Origin: an uncultured Thermotogaceae bacterium | Lineage (GTDB): Bacteria; Thermotogota; Thermotogae; Petrotogales; Petrotogaceae | NCBI GenBank assembly: GCA_964603015.1 | Contig: CAZRTN010000001.1 | Coordinates: forward strand, 16,864-80,863 | Length of the DNA stretch: 64,000 bases | Reading direction: 5' to 3' | Shown here: positions 30,500-40,593 of the stretch, piece by piece | How the letters are laid out: the number at the start of each line of letters is the position of its first letter | Numbering within the stretch: position 1 is the first letter of the stretch | Position numbers and translations under genes: made by a program | Notes under the pieces: generated by a model | Seen by the model: the letters and a program-made list of their open reading frames with translations, nothing else | Told to the model about the DNA's origin: nothing | The model's database searches: none

Positions 30500-31903
30500 C
30501 TAAAAACCTTTTATTATGAGTAAAGTTATATCGTCATGTTGTGATGTATCTTTCGCAAATTGGTCCACTGACTCTATTATACTGTTAACTATTACATTAG
30601 TGTTTTGTTTATTTATCTCTTTCATTACATCTTCAAGTCTTTTTTGTCCGTATTCTTCTTTATTTTCATTTCTTGCTTCAGTAATACCATCTGTAAAATT
30701 AGCCATTAAAAAATTATCTTTATATGTGATTGGTTCTATATCATAACCCAAATCTTCTGATATTCCAAGAGGTAATCCTGTTGATTCAACATAATACATT
30801 TCCCCATCTTTAATATAAGGTGTTGTATTGTGACCAGCATTTATAACTTGTACGGTTTTGTTCTTAGAGTTTATCAAAACAAAAATAGCGGTAACGAATC
30901 TATCATCCGGTATATTTTTATTAAGATATTTATTTAAATAAGTCACCATATTCATAAGGCCTTTGTTTTCTTCAACTTTACTTCTAACAATGGCCCTTAA
31001 AGAACTCATAATTAAAGCAGCTGGTATACCTTTTCCAGAAACATCGGCAACTAATCCTAAAACTTCATTTTCATTTATTTTTATTATATCATAATAGTCT
31101 CCGCCAACATCGTAAGCTGATCTATAAAAGGCTGCTGTTGATATATTTTTTATTTCTGGGATCTTTTTAGGCAATAGAGAAGATTGTATTTCTCTAGCTA
31201 ACTTCATCTGTTCATTTATCTTTTGTTGTTCAATCTTTTCGTCCAAATAATTTATAGTATCAAACCCAAAAGCAATCTGTTCTGTAACTGATTCCATTAT
31301 TTTTTTATCTGAAGCTAAATAAAAAGAATTATCAGTTTTTCCATACAGAAGTATAAAACCCCAAGTTTTTATTTGAGATTTAATTGGTAACAATAAAAAT
31401 GAAGTGTCATTTCCATTTATTTCATCTTTTTCTTTTAATATAGTTTTTGGATTATCTTTTAATCTAAACAATTCTATCAAAGGAATAATATCTTGATAGT
31501 TAAGATCTATTAAATCAAGAAACAAAGGTTTAAAATCAAGAGAGTTATTAAAATCTACAAATTCACCTACTACTATGTTTTTAAATATAACAGAACTTTT
31601 TAATCGCTCTATTATGTATTCTATTGATAATCTTGGGTCTTTGTTTCCAAAAACCAATTTTGAAATATCTAAAATAGTAGTCAGTTCTTCATATATCCTA
31701 GATATTTCTTCGTACTGAGCTTCTAACATCAAAGTATTATCTTCCATCTGACTTTTATAATCATCTAAATCCTTTAAATAAGTATCTATTAAATAATTAG
31801 TTCTTTTTTTTATTATTTCTTCATTATAAGTTTCATCTTTATATATATTGAGTGTTTTATTAAGCTTGTTATATATTTTTTTATAAAAATTGTCTTTATC
31901 CAT
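30500..31903 (-). CDS. PP2C/SpoIIE (RsbU-like) phosphatase with N-terminal coiled-coil and GAF-like region
   Basis: AREIQSSLLP, GGDYYD, ADVSGKG, NAGH, FTDGITE, DDITL. Confidence 0.9.
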   Translation of the reverse strand: MDKDNFYKKIYNKLNKTLNIYKDETYNEEIIKKRTNYLIDTYLKDLDDYKSQMEDNTLMLEAQYEEISRIYEELTTILDISKLVFGNKDPRLSIEYIIERLKSSVIFKNIVVGEFVDFNNSLDFKPLFLDLIDLNYQDIIPLIELFRLKDNPKTILKEKDEINGNDTSFLLLPIKSQIKTWGFILLYGKTDNSFYLASDKKIMESVTEQIAFGFDTINYLDEKIEQQKINEQMKLAREIQSSLLPKKIPEIKNISTAAFYRSAYDVGGDYYDIIKINENEVLGLVADVSGKGIPAALIMSSLRAIVRSKVEENKGLMNMVTYLNKYLNKNIPDDRFVTAIFVLINSKNKTVQVINAGHNTTPYIKDGEMYYVESTGLPLGISEDLGYDIEPITYKDNFLMANFTDGITEARNENKEEYGQKRLEDVMKEINKQNTNVIVNSIIESVDQFAKDTSQHDDITLLIIKGF

Positions 31904-32264
31904 CGTTATCTTCCAATAGTTCTTTTACGGTATCAACTAACAATTTAGGGCTGAAAGGTTTTGTTAATACTTTTTTTGCCCCTAAGTTTAAAGCTGTTTC
32001 TTCATCAGATTCTCCACCTTTAGCAGTTAAAACCACAACAGGTTTTGTGTAGTCTTTGTTTTTAAGTTCTTTTAAAACAGTAAATCCGTCCATTATTGGC
32101 ATCATTATGTCTAAAAAAATCATATCAGGATTTTCACTTTCAATAGTGTCTAAACCTTCTTTACCGTTTACTGCTTCTAACACTTTGTAACCAGCTGATT
32201 TTAAATTAAAAGTAATAATCCTTCTTAAAATGTTTGAATCATCTACAACTAAAATTTTTTTCAT
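31896..32264 (-). CDS. Single-domain response regulator (RR468-like)
   Basis: VVDDS, LDIMMP phospho-Asp, LTAKGG, KPFSP. Start ATG 32264 after GGAGGT. Confidence 0.93.
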   Translation of the reverse strand: MKKILVVDDSNILRRIITFNLKSAGYKVLEAVNGKEGLDTIESENPDMIFLDIMMPIMDGFTVLKELKNKDYTKPVVVLTAKGGESDEETALNLGAKKVLTKPFSPKLLVDTVKELLEDNDG

Positions 32265-32268
32265 CAAA

Positions 32269-32844
32269 TTACCTCCAATGAATTTCATCACATATTGGAT
32301 AAAAAATAAATTTTTCAGGTGCTTCTTCTCTAAAAATTTTATAAATATTAAAAATCATATCATAATTCTGGTAATATTTTAACATATAAATATTTTTATA
32401 GTTTCTCTTTATTTTTAAATTTTCAAAAAGTATTTCTTTATCATAATCTGATTTGCCTTTTTTAATAGTTTTAGTATCTTTAAAAACCTCAAATAAATTT
32501 TCAGAAAGATATACTTTAAAATCAAAGCCTTTTATTGATTTTGATAATTTAAAATTATCTTCAACTTTTTTTGAATAATTCAGTTTTAATCCTTTTGGTG
32601 TAAACTTATTTAAGTCAGAAAAATCATGATCTTCTATTAAGTCTACAGTCAGTAAAAAATTTCTATTTATATAACCAAATGGCATAGGGTTTGAAAAAGA
32701 AAAAAGCGGTTTTGGATTAAAGCCTTCAGAAAATTTAAATGGAACTTTGTTCCTTCTTAAAGATTCTTCAATTATTAAAGTAGAATCAAGATGACCATTA
32801 TAAATTAAATTACCATATTTTTTAAAGTTTAAAAGATATCTCAT
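32269..32844 (-). CDS. DUF2344/TIGR03936 radical SAM-linked protein
   Basis: F.K.G...GHLD...LRR..VP..FSEGFNPKP..SF..PMP.G pattern typical of this family. Confidence 0.75.
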   Translation of the reverse strand: MRYLLNFKKYGNLIYNGHLDSTLIIEESLRRNKVPFKFSEGFNPKPLFSFSNPMPFGYINRNFLLTVDLIEDHDFSDLNKFTPKGLKLNYSKKVEDNFKLSKSIKGFDFKVYLSENLFEVFKDTKTIKKGKSDYDKEILFENLKIKRNYKNIYMLKYYQNYDMIFNIYKIFREEAPEKFIFYPICDEIHWR

Positions 32845-32993
32845 TAGAACCTCCGTGATATTTTATTATAATATATATTAACTTAAATATGTATTATACA
32901 ATTAAATAATATATTATCTTTATCTAACATTTGATATTTTTTAAAAACATATATGATATAATTTTTTTGAATAATGACTCAGGAGGATATTAA

Positions 32994-35087
32994 ATGAAAA
33001 GTTTTTTAACAGGTTTTGTATTGACTTTATCAGTTTTGATGGTGATATTTTTTTATTCAAAAAGTTTCTATGAAAATACTTCATCAATTTTTCTAGTAAA
33101 TTCAAATTATAATACATATTTATTCGACGATGGAGATATGATTTTACCTACAAAATACCAATATGAAACATTAGAAAATATACCAAATGATTTGCTTTAT
33201 TTGTTATTATGGAGTGAAGATAGAGATTTTTATAAACATAATGGAGTGAATCCTAAAACCATCATGAGAGCAATGGTTGTTAACATACAAAATTTTGATA
33301 TATCTCAAGGTGGTTCAACATTAACTCAACAATTGGCTAAAACTTTGTACTTAACTTACGAAAGAACTTTAAAAAGAAAAATATTAGACGTTATGTTGGC
33401 ATTTTTTATAGAAAGAAGTTATACAAAAGATGAAATATTAGAAGCATACGTTAATAGCGTATATTTAGGAAATGATATTTCTGGATTTGGTGCAGCATCA
33501 AGAAGATATTTTGAAAAAGATTTGACAGAACTGACCATTTATGAAAAGGCTCTATTAGTAGGTATAATAAACTCTCCTGAATATTCTAATCCATATAAAT
33601 ATCCAGAATTAGCAAAAGATGAAGCTAGAATTGTACTGAGTTCATTAAATAAAAAAAATCCTGTTTATGAAAAATCTTCTGTTTTTGAAAAAAACATAGA
33701 AGATATAGACATATATCCACTTAATTATAATGAAAAATATTTAGATATGATTTATTCAGTAAAACAAAAAGAAGAGGAATTGAATTTAAAAGGTGGGGGC
33801 TATACAATAAAAACCACTTTCAATAGGGATCTTTTTAATTCAATAACTCCAAATTCTAGTCAAACATCAATTGTTATAAACAACAAAAACGGAAAAATAA
33901 AAAGTTTTTGGGGTGGAGAATATTCAGTTTTTCAATCAGAAAAACAAGTAGGGTCCAGTATAAAACCATTTTATTATACTTTAGCTTTGAATAAAGGTTT
34001 TAATTTAAATACAATTTTACCAGATAAAAAGATGAATTTCAGTGGTTGGGAACCAGAAAATTATGACAAAAGATTTCGAGGTGAAGTTGAATTAAGTCAA
34101 TCCTTAATTCATTCCATAAATATACCATCAATTTATTTGGCGTCACATATAGAAAATTCACCAACCAAATCAGTTGATAGAATAAAAGATTTTTTGCAAA
34201 ATGAAATTCAAATAAAAGCTAATTATCCAAATGATCTGACAATAGCTTTAGGGACTTTGGAAACAAATCCTTTTAACATGGTAAGAGCTATTAATATTTT
34301 CCCAAATTATGGGATTATTCCTGAACTTTATTCTATTGAGGAAATATATGATAGAAAAGGGAATTTAATATACAAAAATTATCCTGATGTTGAAAATAGA
34401 ATAGACAATATTTCAATAGAAACATATTCTGCAATGAATCAACTATTAAGAAAAGTTGTTACCGAGGGATCTGCGCAAAGGGCAAATATAGAAGGATTAG
34501 ATTTACATGGTAAAACGGGATCGCCTGAATTATCAGCCTGGTTTACTGGTTATACTGGAAATAAAAGTATTTCTGTTAGAATAGATGGTGAAGATTTACT
34601 TTCTTCAACATCATCAGTACCTTTTGCTAGATTAATAGCAGAAAATTTTATATACACTGGTTATAACGTTGAGGTTCCAACATATATAAATACTTCTAAC
34701 ATAGAACAAAAAGCAGATTTTTTTAGTGAACCTATCATTTTTTTGAGTAAAGGGTATGATTATGAAGAATATTTGGAAAGAAAAAAATTTCAAGAAGACC
34801 CAGAAATCTTAAAAGAAAAAATTGAAGAAGTTATTTCTGATCTTGATTATATTTATCCAGATATATCAAAAAAATTAAAAGATTGGATTAGTCTAAATTT
34901 AGTAGACTTTTTAGATTCACCATATTCTTTTATACAAAATAATTATGATTTAGAGAGGTATCTTGATAATCTGGTTTTAAATCCTGAAATAGTTAATAAA
35001 TTGAAAGCATTAGTTAATGAACTGAGTTATGTTTATCCATATGAATCTCAAATAATTAAAAATTTTTTAAAAGAGAAGGGATATTAA
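32994..35087 (+). CDS. Class A penicillin-binding protein (transglycosylase plus transpeptidase)
   Basis: EDRDF and QGGSTLTQQLAK in the TG domain. SxxK (SSIK), SxN (SIN) and KTG in the TP domain. Confidence 0.9.
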   Translation: MKSFLTGFVLTLSVLMVIFFYSKSFYENTSSIFLVNSNYNTYLFDDGDMILPTKYQYETLENIPNDLLYLLLWSEDRDFYKHNGVNPKTIMRAMVVNIQNFDISQGGSTLTQQLAKTLYLTYERTLKRKILDVMLAFFIERSYTKDEILEAYVNSVYLGNDISGFGAASRRYFEKDLTELTIYEKALLVGIINSPEYSNPYKYPELAKDEARIVLSSLNKKNPVYEKSSVFEKNIEDIDIYPLNYNEKYLDMIYSVKQKEEELNLKGGGYTIKTTFNRDLFNSITPNSSQTSIVINNKNGKIKSFWGGEYSVFQSEKQVGSSIKPFYYTLALNKGFNLNTILPDKKMNFSGWEPENYDKRFRGEVELSQSLIHSINIPSIYLASHIENSPTKSVDRIKDFLQNEIQIKANYPNDLTIALGTLETNPFNMVRAINIFPNYGIIPELYSIEEIYDRKGNLIYKNYPDVENRIDNISIETYSAMNQLLRKVVTEGSAQRANIEGLDLHGKTGSPELSAWFTGYTGNKSISVRIDGEDLLSSTSSVPFARLIAENFIYTGYNVEVPTYINTSNIEQKADFFSEPIIFLSKGYDYEEYLERKKFQEDPEILKEKIEEVISDLDYIYPDISKKLKDWISLNLVDFLDSPYSFIQNNYDLERYLDNLVLNPEIVNKLKALVNELSYVYPYESQIIKNFLKEKGY

Positions 35088-35881
35088 TGATTGAGCTCAA
35101 AAAAAATGAAATTTTAATTGAAAAAGAAGAAATACCAAAAAAATTTTATTATATAGTAGAAGGTGAAATAGAACATAATAGAAAGGTTCTTGGAAAAGAA
35201 AATTTTTTAGCTCTAATTCATTTTATAACCCAGACAAAAGTTGCTGAGAGATATAAAGTCAAAAAAAATTGTAAACTTATAGAATTTAGTGACATTGATG
35301 AAATAGAAGAAGATATATTACCAGATTTCTTGAAATATATATCAAGATATTCAAATAACATAATATTTAAAAATACATTAAACAAAAAATTTTCAATAAA
35401 CGAATTGATAAACAATAAAGAAAGCTTTATAAAAGGAGAATCGTTAGATTTAGATTTTTCAAATGATGAAGATCTTAACGAACTGTTAAATACATTTGAT
35501 TATTTTATGAATGAAAAGGAATCTGAAATATCATTACCAGAGAATTTTGATGACTACAAAAAAGAATTAAAAGACTCAATAATAGAATTGAACATATCAA
35601 AATTCATTAATTATTGTAAAAAAGGATTGTATACTTATGAGGAAGAATGGGATGATTTCTTAGATGAGTTAATTGATCTCGCAATAACCATTAATGATAG
35701 AGCGCTAGTTTTATATTTGCTATATGTAGCAGGTATGAAAATAAATGATTATAAAAAAATAAATGATCTTATAAAAAAGAATTGGGAATTTTTAAGGTTT
35801 AATAATAATAATATTTGGATAGACTATGCAATGAGATTTGTTAACAACCAGCTGCTTTTTGAAGAGGTGTTGAAAAAATGA
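35087..35881 (+). CDS. Protein with degenerate N-terminal cyclic-nucleotide-binding-like fold
   Basis: KKNEILIE...FYYIVEGEIE...LGKENFLA pattern, coupled to the PBP gene (TAATG). Confidence 0.6.
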   Translation: MIELKKNEILIEKEEIPKKFYYIVEGEIEHNRKVLGKENFLALIHFITQTKVAERYKVKKNCKLIEFSDIDEIEEDILPDFLKYISRYSNNIIFKNTLNKKFSINELINNKESFIKGESLDLDFSNDEDLNELLNTFDYFMNEKESEISLPENFDDYKKELKDSIIELNISKFINYCKKGLYTYEEEWDDFLDELIDLAITINDRALVLYLLYVAGMKINDYKKINDLIKKNWEFLRFNNNNIWIDYAMRFVNNQLLFEEVLKK

Positions 35882-36357
35882 ATTATCCACATTTGAAGAA
35901 TTTTGCAGCAAAAAACAATGGGTTATATTATTTAAAAAATGGTATTGTAGCCTCTGTTACTTATTCTAAAAAAAAGCCTTTTTTAGTTCATATATACACT
36001 CCTGGAGATTTTGTTGGGATTGATAAATTCCAAGAAGGAATAGGTGTTTTAGATTATTTTATATTGACAGAATGTGATTATGAAATTGTAAATGATGAAG
36101 AATTAACTGATCAAAAGTATAAGCAATCATTTTTGGATTTTTTAAAAACATTTCTTCATGAAATAACAGCTTACAGATCAGAATCATATGAAAAAATTTT
36201 ACAATATAATCTAGAAAAAATATCCAGGTTTTCAAACGAAATAGAAGGGTTGCCACTTGCATTTGTAAAAGAAATGGGAATAAAATCGGATTTAGACAAA
36301 TTATTGGAAAATAACAAAATAATACTTGAAGATGAGGAATATAAAATAAAAAAATAA
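35878..36357 (+). CDS. Short degenerate Crp/Fnr-like protein
   Basis: LYYLKNG.V...PGDFVG pattern, C-terminal wHTH-like remnant, ATGA overlap. Confidence 0.55.
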   Translation: MNYPHLKNFAAKNNGLYYLKNGIVASVTYSKKKPFLVHIYTPGDFVGIDKFQEGIGVLDYFILTECDYEIVNDEELTDQKYKQSFLDFLKTFLHEITAYRSESYEKILQYNLEKISRFSNEIEGLPLAFVKEMGIKSDLDKLLENNKIILEDEEYKIKK

Positions 36358-36412
36358 AAAAGTAACATCCAATTAATCAAAATAATCAGTAAGAATGATA
36401 AAATACTGAAAT

Positions 36413-36462
36413 GGATTAGGGTCTTAAAGCTTTGATTTTTATAATCAGGGTACCTATAATCC
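36413..36462 (+). promoter_or_regulatory. Structured 5' leader of the rplU operon
   Basis: Nested stems GGATTA/TAATCC, GGGT/ACCT and GCTTTGATT/AATCAGGGT directly after TGATAAAAT (-10). Confidence 0.55.
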
Positions 36463-36494
36463 GGGCTTTTTATTTCAAAACAGGAGGTGACATT

Positions 36495-36809
36495 ATGTAC
36501 GCTATCATTGATTTTGGTGGAAGACAATACAAAGTAGAAGAAGGCCAATCATTATTAACAGAAAAAATCAACGGAATAGAACCAGGAACAGACTATGAAT
36601 TTGATAAAGTAATTCTTGTTAAAAATGATTCAGAGGCAAAAGTTGGAAAGCCTTACGTTGAAGGGGCAAAAGTAATTGCTGAAATTGTTGAACATGGGAA
36701 AGATAGAAAACTTAAAATAATTAAGTTTAAAGGAAGAAAACAATACAGAAGAATCAAAGGCCACAGACAGCAATATACAGAAGTAAAAATAAAGAAAATA
36801 GACTTGTAG
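36495..36809 (+). CDS. rplU: 50S ribosomal protein L21
   Basis: [25 protein letters not shown] 36495 after AGGAGGTG. Confidence 0.97.
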   Translation: MYAIIDFGGRQYKVEEGQSLLTEKINGIEPGTDYEFDKVILVKNDSEAKVGKPYVEGAKVIAEIVEHGKDRKLKIIKFKGRKQYRRIKGHRQQYTEVKIKKIDL

Positions 36810-36810
36810 T

Positions 36811-37101
36811 ATGGTTAAAGTTTCTTTCTATCAAAACGAAGTTATTTTAAAAGGACACGCTATGCATGGTAAATATGGCCAAGATATAGTATGTTCTGCA
36901 GTAAGCTCTATTTCTCAATTTACTGCTGAATTTTTAAAAAGAGAAAAAATAGGTCAATACAGTAAAAAAAATGGATATTTGAAGATAAAATATTCTGAAA
37001 ATGAATTGGCTATAAAACTTATAGAGCATTTGAAAGAGGCAATTATCAGTATTGAAAAAGATTATCCTGGAAATGTTAAGGTGGAGGTGAAAAACAAATG
37101 A
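36811..37101 (+). CDS. prp: Ribosomal-processing cysteine protease Prp
   Basis: GHA and DIVCSAVS catalytic motifs, located between rplU and rpmA. Confidence 0.9.
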   Translation: MVKVSFYQNEVILKGHAMHGKYGQDIVCSAVSSISQFTAEFLKREKIGQYSKKNGYLKIKYSENELAIKLIEHLKEAIISIEKDYPGNVKVEVKNK

Positions 37102-37364
37102 AATTAGATCTTCAACTCTTTGCTAAAAAAAGTGGATCAGATCAAAATAAACACGATAGTAATCCTAAATATTTAGGTATAAAAGCAGGAGAAGGTAAAG
37201 TAGTTACTGCTGGAACAATAATAATGAGACAAAGAGGAACTAAAATCCATCCAGGCCAAAATGTAGGATTAGGTAGAGATTTTACATTGTTTGCTAAAAA
37301 AGATGGTATAGTTAGATTTACTACTAAAAACAATAGAAAATACGCAAACATAAACGAAGAATAA
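37098..37364 (+). CDS. rpmA: 50S ribosomal protein L27 with Prp-cleaved extension
   Basis: MKLDLQLF|A extension, [18 protein letters not shown]. Confidence 0.96.
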   Translation: MKLDLQLFAKKSGSDQNKHDSNPKYLGIKAGEGKVVTAGTIIMRQRGTKIHPGQNVGLGRDFTLFAKKDGIVRFTTKNNRKYANINEE

Positions 37365-37900
37365 TGAAAGCTAAAAGAATTGCTATCTCGGGAATTTTTG
37401 GTGTAATAGCATTTTTAATCACTTTTATTGAATTTCCTATTTTTCCAGTATTACCTTTTTTAAAGTTTGATGCAAGTGATTCTATAATCATATTTTCAAA
37501 TATGGTTTATGGTTTTATTCCATCTTTATTAACTTTAATAGTTAAAAGCTTTTTATTCTTATTTAAAAGTGGAGATGGAGGACCGATAGGGATTTTAATG
37601 AACTTTATATCAGGTTTTGTTTTTATAGGAGTTTTTCAATTGATTAAAAATAAAATAAATATTTTTATATCTTATTTTATTGCTTCTTCTTTTGTAGGTT
37701 TAGCTATGTATTTAGCAAATTATTATATGGCTATCCCAATATACACGAATTCAAAAACACCAGATTTTATAAATTCTTTGGGATTAACTATCACTCAATT
37801 TTTCATTTTAATAATATTATTTAATTTGATAAAATTTATGGTAGACTCGGTAATAGCTTATTTTTTCAATAAAAAATTAGAAAAACAATTAAATCCATGA
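37364..37900 (+). CDS. ribU: ECF transporter S component, RibU-like
   Basis: Very hydrophobic, EFPIFP..PFLKFDASD and PIG..MN motifs of RibU. Substrate is inferred. Confidence 0.75.
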   Translation: MKAKRIAISGIFGVIAFLITFIEFPIFPVLPFLKFDASDSIIIFSNMVYGFIPSLLTLIVKSFLFLFKSGDGGPIGILMNFISGFVFIGVFQLIKNKINIFISYFIASSFVGLAMYLANYYMAIPIYTNSKTPDFINSLGLTITQFFILIILFNLIKFMVDSVIAYFFNKKLEKQLNP

Positions 37901-37914
37901 AAGGAGGATAAGAA

Positions 37915-38364
37915 ATGAATTCAAAAATGATTCAAAAATCATATATGGCTAATCAAGAAGATTCCAAGAATAAAAAATGGTTTATCATTGACGCTGAAGG
38001 AAAAACATTGGGTAGATTAGCTGGTCAAATTGCAAAAGTATTACAAGGTAAACACAAACCTACATATACTCCTCACATAGATATGGGGGATTTTGTAGTT
38101 GTTATAAATGCAGAAAAAGTTGCTCTTACAGGAAGAAAAATGGAACAAAAAACATATTTCAGACATACAGGCTACCCAGGCGGAGGGAGAATATCTCATA
38201 TCAAAGATGTTTTAGAAAAACATCCTGAGAGAGTTATCGAACACGCTGTAAAAGGAATGTTACCTAAAACAATTTTAGGTAAGAAAATGATTAAAAAATT
38301 AAAGGTTTATGCTGGTGAAAAACATCCACACGAAGCACAAAAACCTGAAAATCTAGAATTATAG
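37915..38364 (+). CDS. rplM: 50S ribosomal protein L13
   Basis: [26 protein letters not shown]. Confidence 0.97.
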   Translation: MNSKMIQKSYMANQEDSKNKKWFIIDAEGKTLGRLAGQIAKVLQGKHKPTYTPHIDMGDFVVVINAEKVALTGRKMEQKTYFRHTGYPGGGRISHIKDVLEKHPERVIEHAVKGMLPKTILGKKMIKKLKVYAGEKHPHEAQKPENLEL

Positions 38365-38377
38365 GAGGGTAGTTTAA

Positions 38378-38785
38378 ATGGCTGAATTTGTTGATTACTA
38401 CGGAACTGGTAGAAGAAAAACATCTGTTGCTAGAGTTCACTTAAGACCTGGTACAGGTAAAGTTAAAGTCAATGGGAAAGATTTTGATAATTTAGTTGAT
38501 TACTTCAACGGAAATAAAGTTTGGGCTCAACATGCACATGAACCTATTTTAACAGCACAATCAGAGGATAAATTTGATTTTGTTATAAGAGTTCATGGTG
38601 GTGGATATAATGGTCAAGCTGGAGCAGTAAGGTTAGGTATTGCAAGAGCTTTATTAGAATATGATCCCGAATTAAGATCTGAACTTAAAAAAGAAGGTAT
38701 GCTAACTAGAGACCCAAGAAAAGTTGAAAGAAAGAAATATGGTCTCAGAAAAGCAAGAAAGCACGCACAATTTTCAAAAAGATAA
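38378..38785 (+). CDS. rpsI: 30S ribosomal protein S9
   Basis: [28 protein letters not shown]. Confidence 0.97.
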   Translation: MAEFVDYYGTGRRKTSVARVHLRPGTGKVKVNGKDFDNLVDYFNGNKVWAQHAHEPILTAQSEDKFDFVIRVHGGGYNGQAGAVRLGIARALLEYDPELRSELKKEGMLTRDPRKVERKKYGLRKARKHAQFSKR

Positions 38786-38801
38786 TTTTTTATTTTTATA
38801 C

Positions 38802-38831
38802 AAAAACGGCTCATATGGGCCGTTTTTTTTT
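38802..38831 (+). terminator. Intrinsic terminator after rpsI
   Basis: AAAAACGGCTC-ATAT-GGGCCGTTTTTTTTT. Confidence 0.88.
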
Positions 38832-38850
38832 CTAAAGATGGTGAAAAAAT

Positions 38851-40593
38851 ATGTCAGATAAATACACAAATTTTAAAGAAATAACACAAAAAATAAAAGA
38901 TAATACAAGTATTGAAGATGTTTTATCTTCATATATAAATGTAAAAAAGGCAGGTAAAAACTACACTGCATTATGTCCTTTTCACGCTGAAGATACACCC
39001 TCATTTTACATTTTCCCAGAAACTCAAACATACCATTGTTTTGGTTGTAATGCTCATGGAGATGTCATAAACTTTATAAAAGAATATGAAAACATGAGTT
39101 TTATAGAAGCATTAAAAAAGGCAGCTTCTATAGCAGGAGTTAAACTCGATCTAGACATAAAAAGTAAACCTAAAGAAATAGAATTAAATGAAGTATATTC
39201 AAAAATAACAAATGAAAATCTTTTGAATTTAAAAAGAGATCATAAAGTATGGAAATTTCTACAAAAAAGAGAAATTTCAGAAAATACAATCAGAGAATTC
39301 GAATTAGGTTATTCATCTGGTAAAGAAGTAGAGAAAGCCTTAGATGAAAGTATGTTTGAAGAAAAAATGGCAGAAGATATTGGACTTTTCAATAATAAAA
39401 GAGAATTTTTTTATAATAGATTAATAATTCCAATAAAAGACAGTAATGGTCAAGTTGTAGGTTTTGCTGGAAGGGCTGTAGATGAAGATACAAAGCCTAA
39501 ATATGTCAACACCAAAGAGAATAGATTTTTTAAAAAATCTAAAATAATGTATTTATTTGATAAATCAAAGAAATACATTCAAGAAAACGATATGGTAATA
39601 ATCACTGAAGGTTTTTTTGATGCAATTGCAATGCATAATTCTGGTTATAAAAATACTGTAGCTGTATTGGGATCTACTTTAACAAAAGATCATGCTTTTG
39701 AATTAATGAAAAAAACCAATAAAGTAATAACAATGTTTGACATGGATTCTGCAGGTGAGAAAGCTACCATATCAGCCATTGAAACTTTATTTCCAAAAAA
39801 TTTTCAAATAGCAGTTGCAAAATATGAAGCAAAAGATCCTGATGATTTGATAAAAAAAACAGGTAAAAAAAACCTAGCAGAAATATTGAAAAAATCGTAT
39901 AAATTTCATGAGTTTATAATAGATATCAAGAAAAAACATTATGATTTAGACAACGAGTTTGCCATGGAGCAGTATTTAAAAGAGATGGCGAAATGGTATA
40001 AAAAATTTCAAATATATAAAAGATATGAAATTATGGATTCTTTTGTAAATAAATTATCAAAAGATTTCCTGAAAGATAAAGAATTAATAGAGAAAATATT
40101 ACAAGAACATTCAAAAAGATTAAAAGATAGCAAGGTAATCATAAAAGAAAATACATATAATCCTCAAAATGTTGAAAAACAAATAAGATATGATTTAGGT
40201 AAGTCTTTTATATATTTGTGGTTAAAATATCCAGAATATAGAGATAAAATCATGGAAATTGCAGATGAAGAATTACCGGATAATCCTTTAAGAGAATTTA
40301 TAGTTATGTTAAAAGAAGGGAAAAAACTTCCTGAAATATTAGAGGCTTCTTCAGACGAACTGGCTGAAATTGTCTCTGAAATTTGGAAAGTAGATTATTC
40401 TTTCAACCCTGAAAGAATAATGTTTGAGTTGGAAAAAACATTCAACAAAATAAAAACCAATAGAGAGATAGAAAAATTAAAAACACAGTTAAAAGGCGAA
40501 GAAGATTTTAAAAAAAGAGCTGAGTTGACGAGAGAGATAATTAAATTATACTCAAAAATAAAGAATAACGGAGGTAATAGTTTACATGGCTAA
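38851..40593 (+). CDS. dnaG: DNA primase
   Basis: CPFH...CFGC zinc domain, PKYVNT, TOPRIM EGFFD, D.D.AG, KDPD. Confidence 0.96.
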   Translation: MSDKYTNFKEITQKIKDNTSIEDVLSSYINVKKAGKNYTALCPFHAEDTPSFYIFPETQTYHCFGCNAHGDVINFIKEYENMSFIEALKKAASIAGVKLDLDIKSKPKEIELNEVYSKITNENLLNLKRDHKVWKFLQKREISENTIREFELGYSSGKEVEKALDESMFEEKMAEDIGLFNNKREFFYNRLIIPIKDSNGQVVGFAGRAVDEDTKPKYVNTKENRFFKKSKIMYLFDKSKKYIQENDMVIITEGFFDAIAMHNSGYKNTVAVLGSTLTKDHAFELMKKTNKVITMFDMDSAGEKATISAIETLFPKNFQIAVAKYEAKDPDDLIKKTGKKNLAEILKKSYKFHEFIIDIKKKHYDLDNEFAMEQYLKEMAKWYKKFQIYKRYEIMDSFVNKLSKDFLKDKELIEKILQEHSKRLKDSKVIIKENTYNPQNVEKQIRYDLGKSFIYLWLKYPEYRDKIMEIADEELPDNPLREFIVMLKEGKKLPEILEASSDELAEIVSEIWKVDYSFNPERIMFELEKTFNKIKTNREIEKLKTQLKGEEDFKKRAELTREIIKLYSKIKNNGGNSLHG

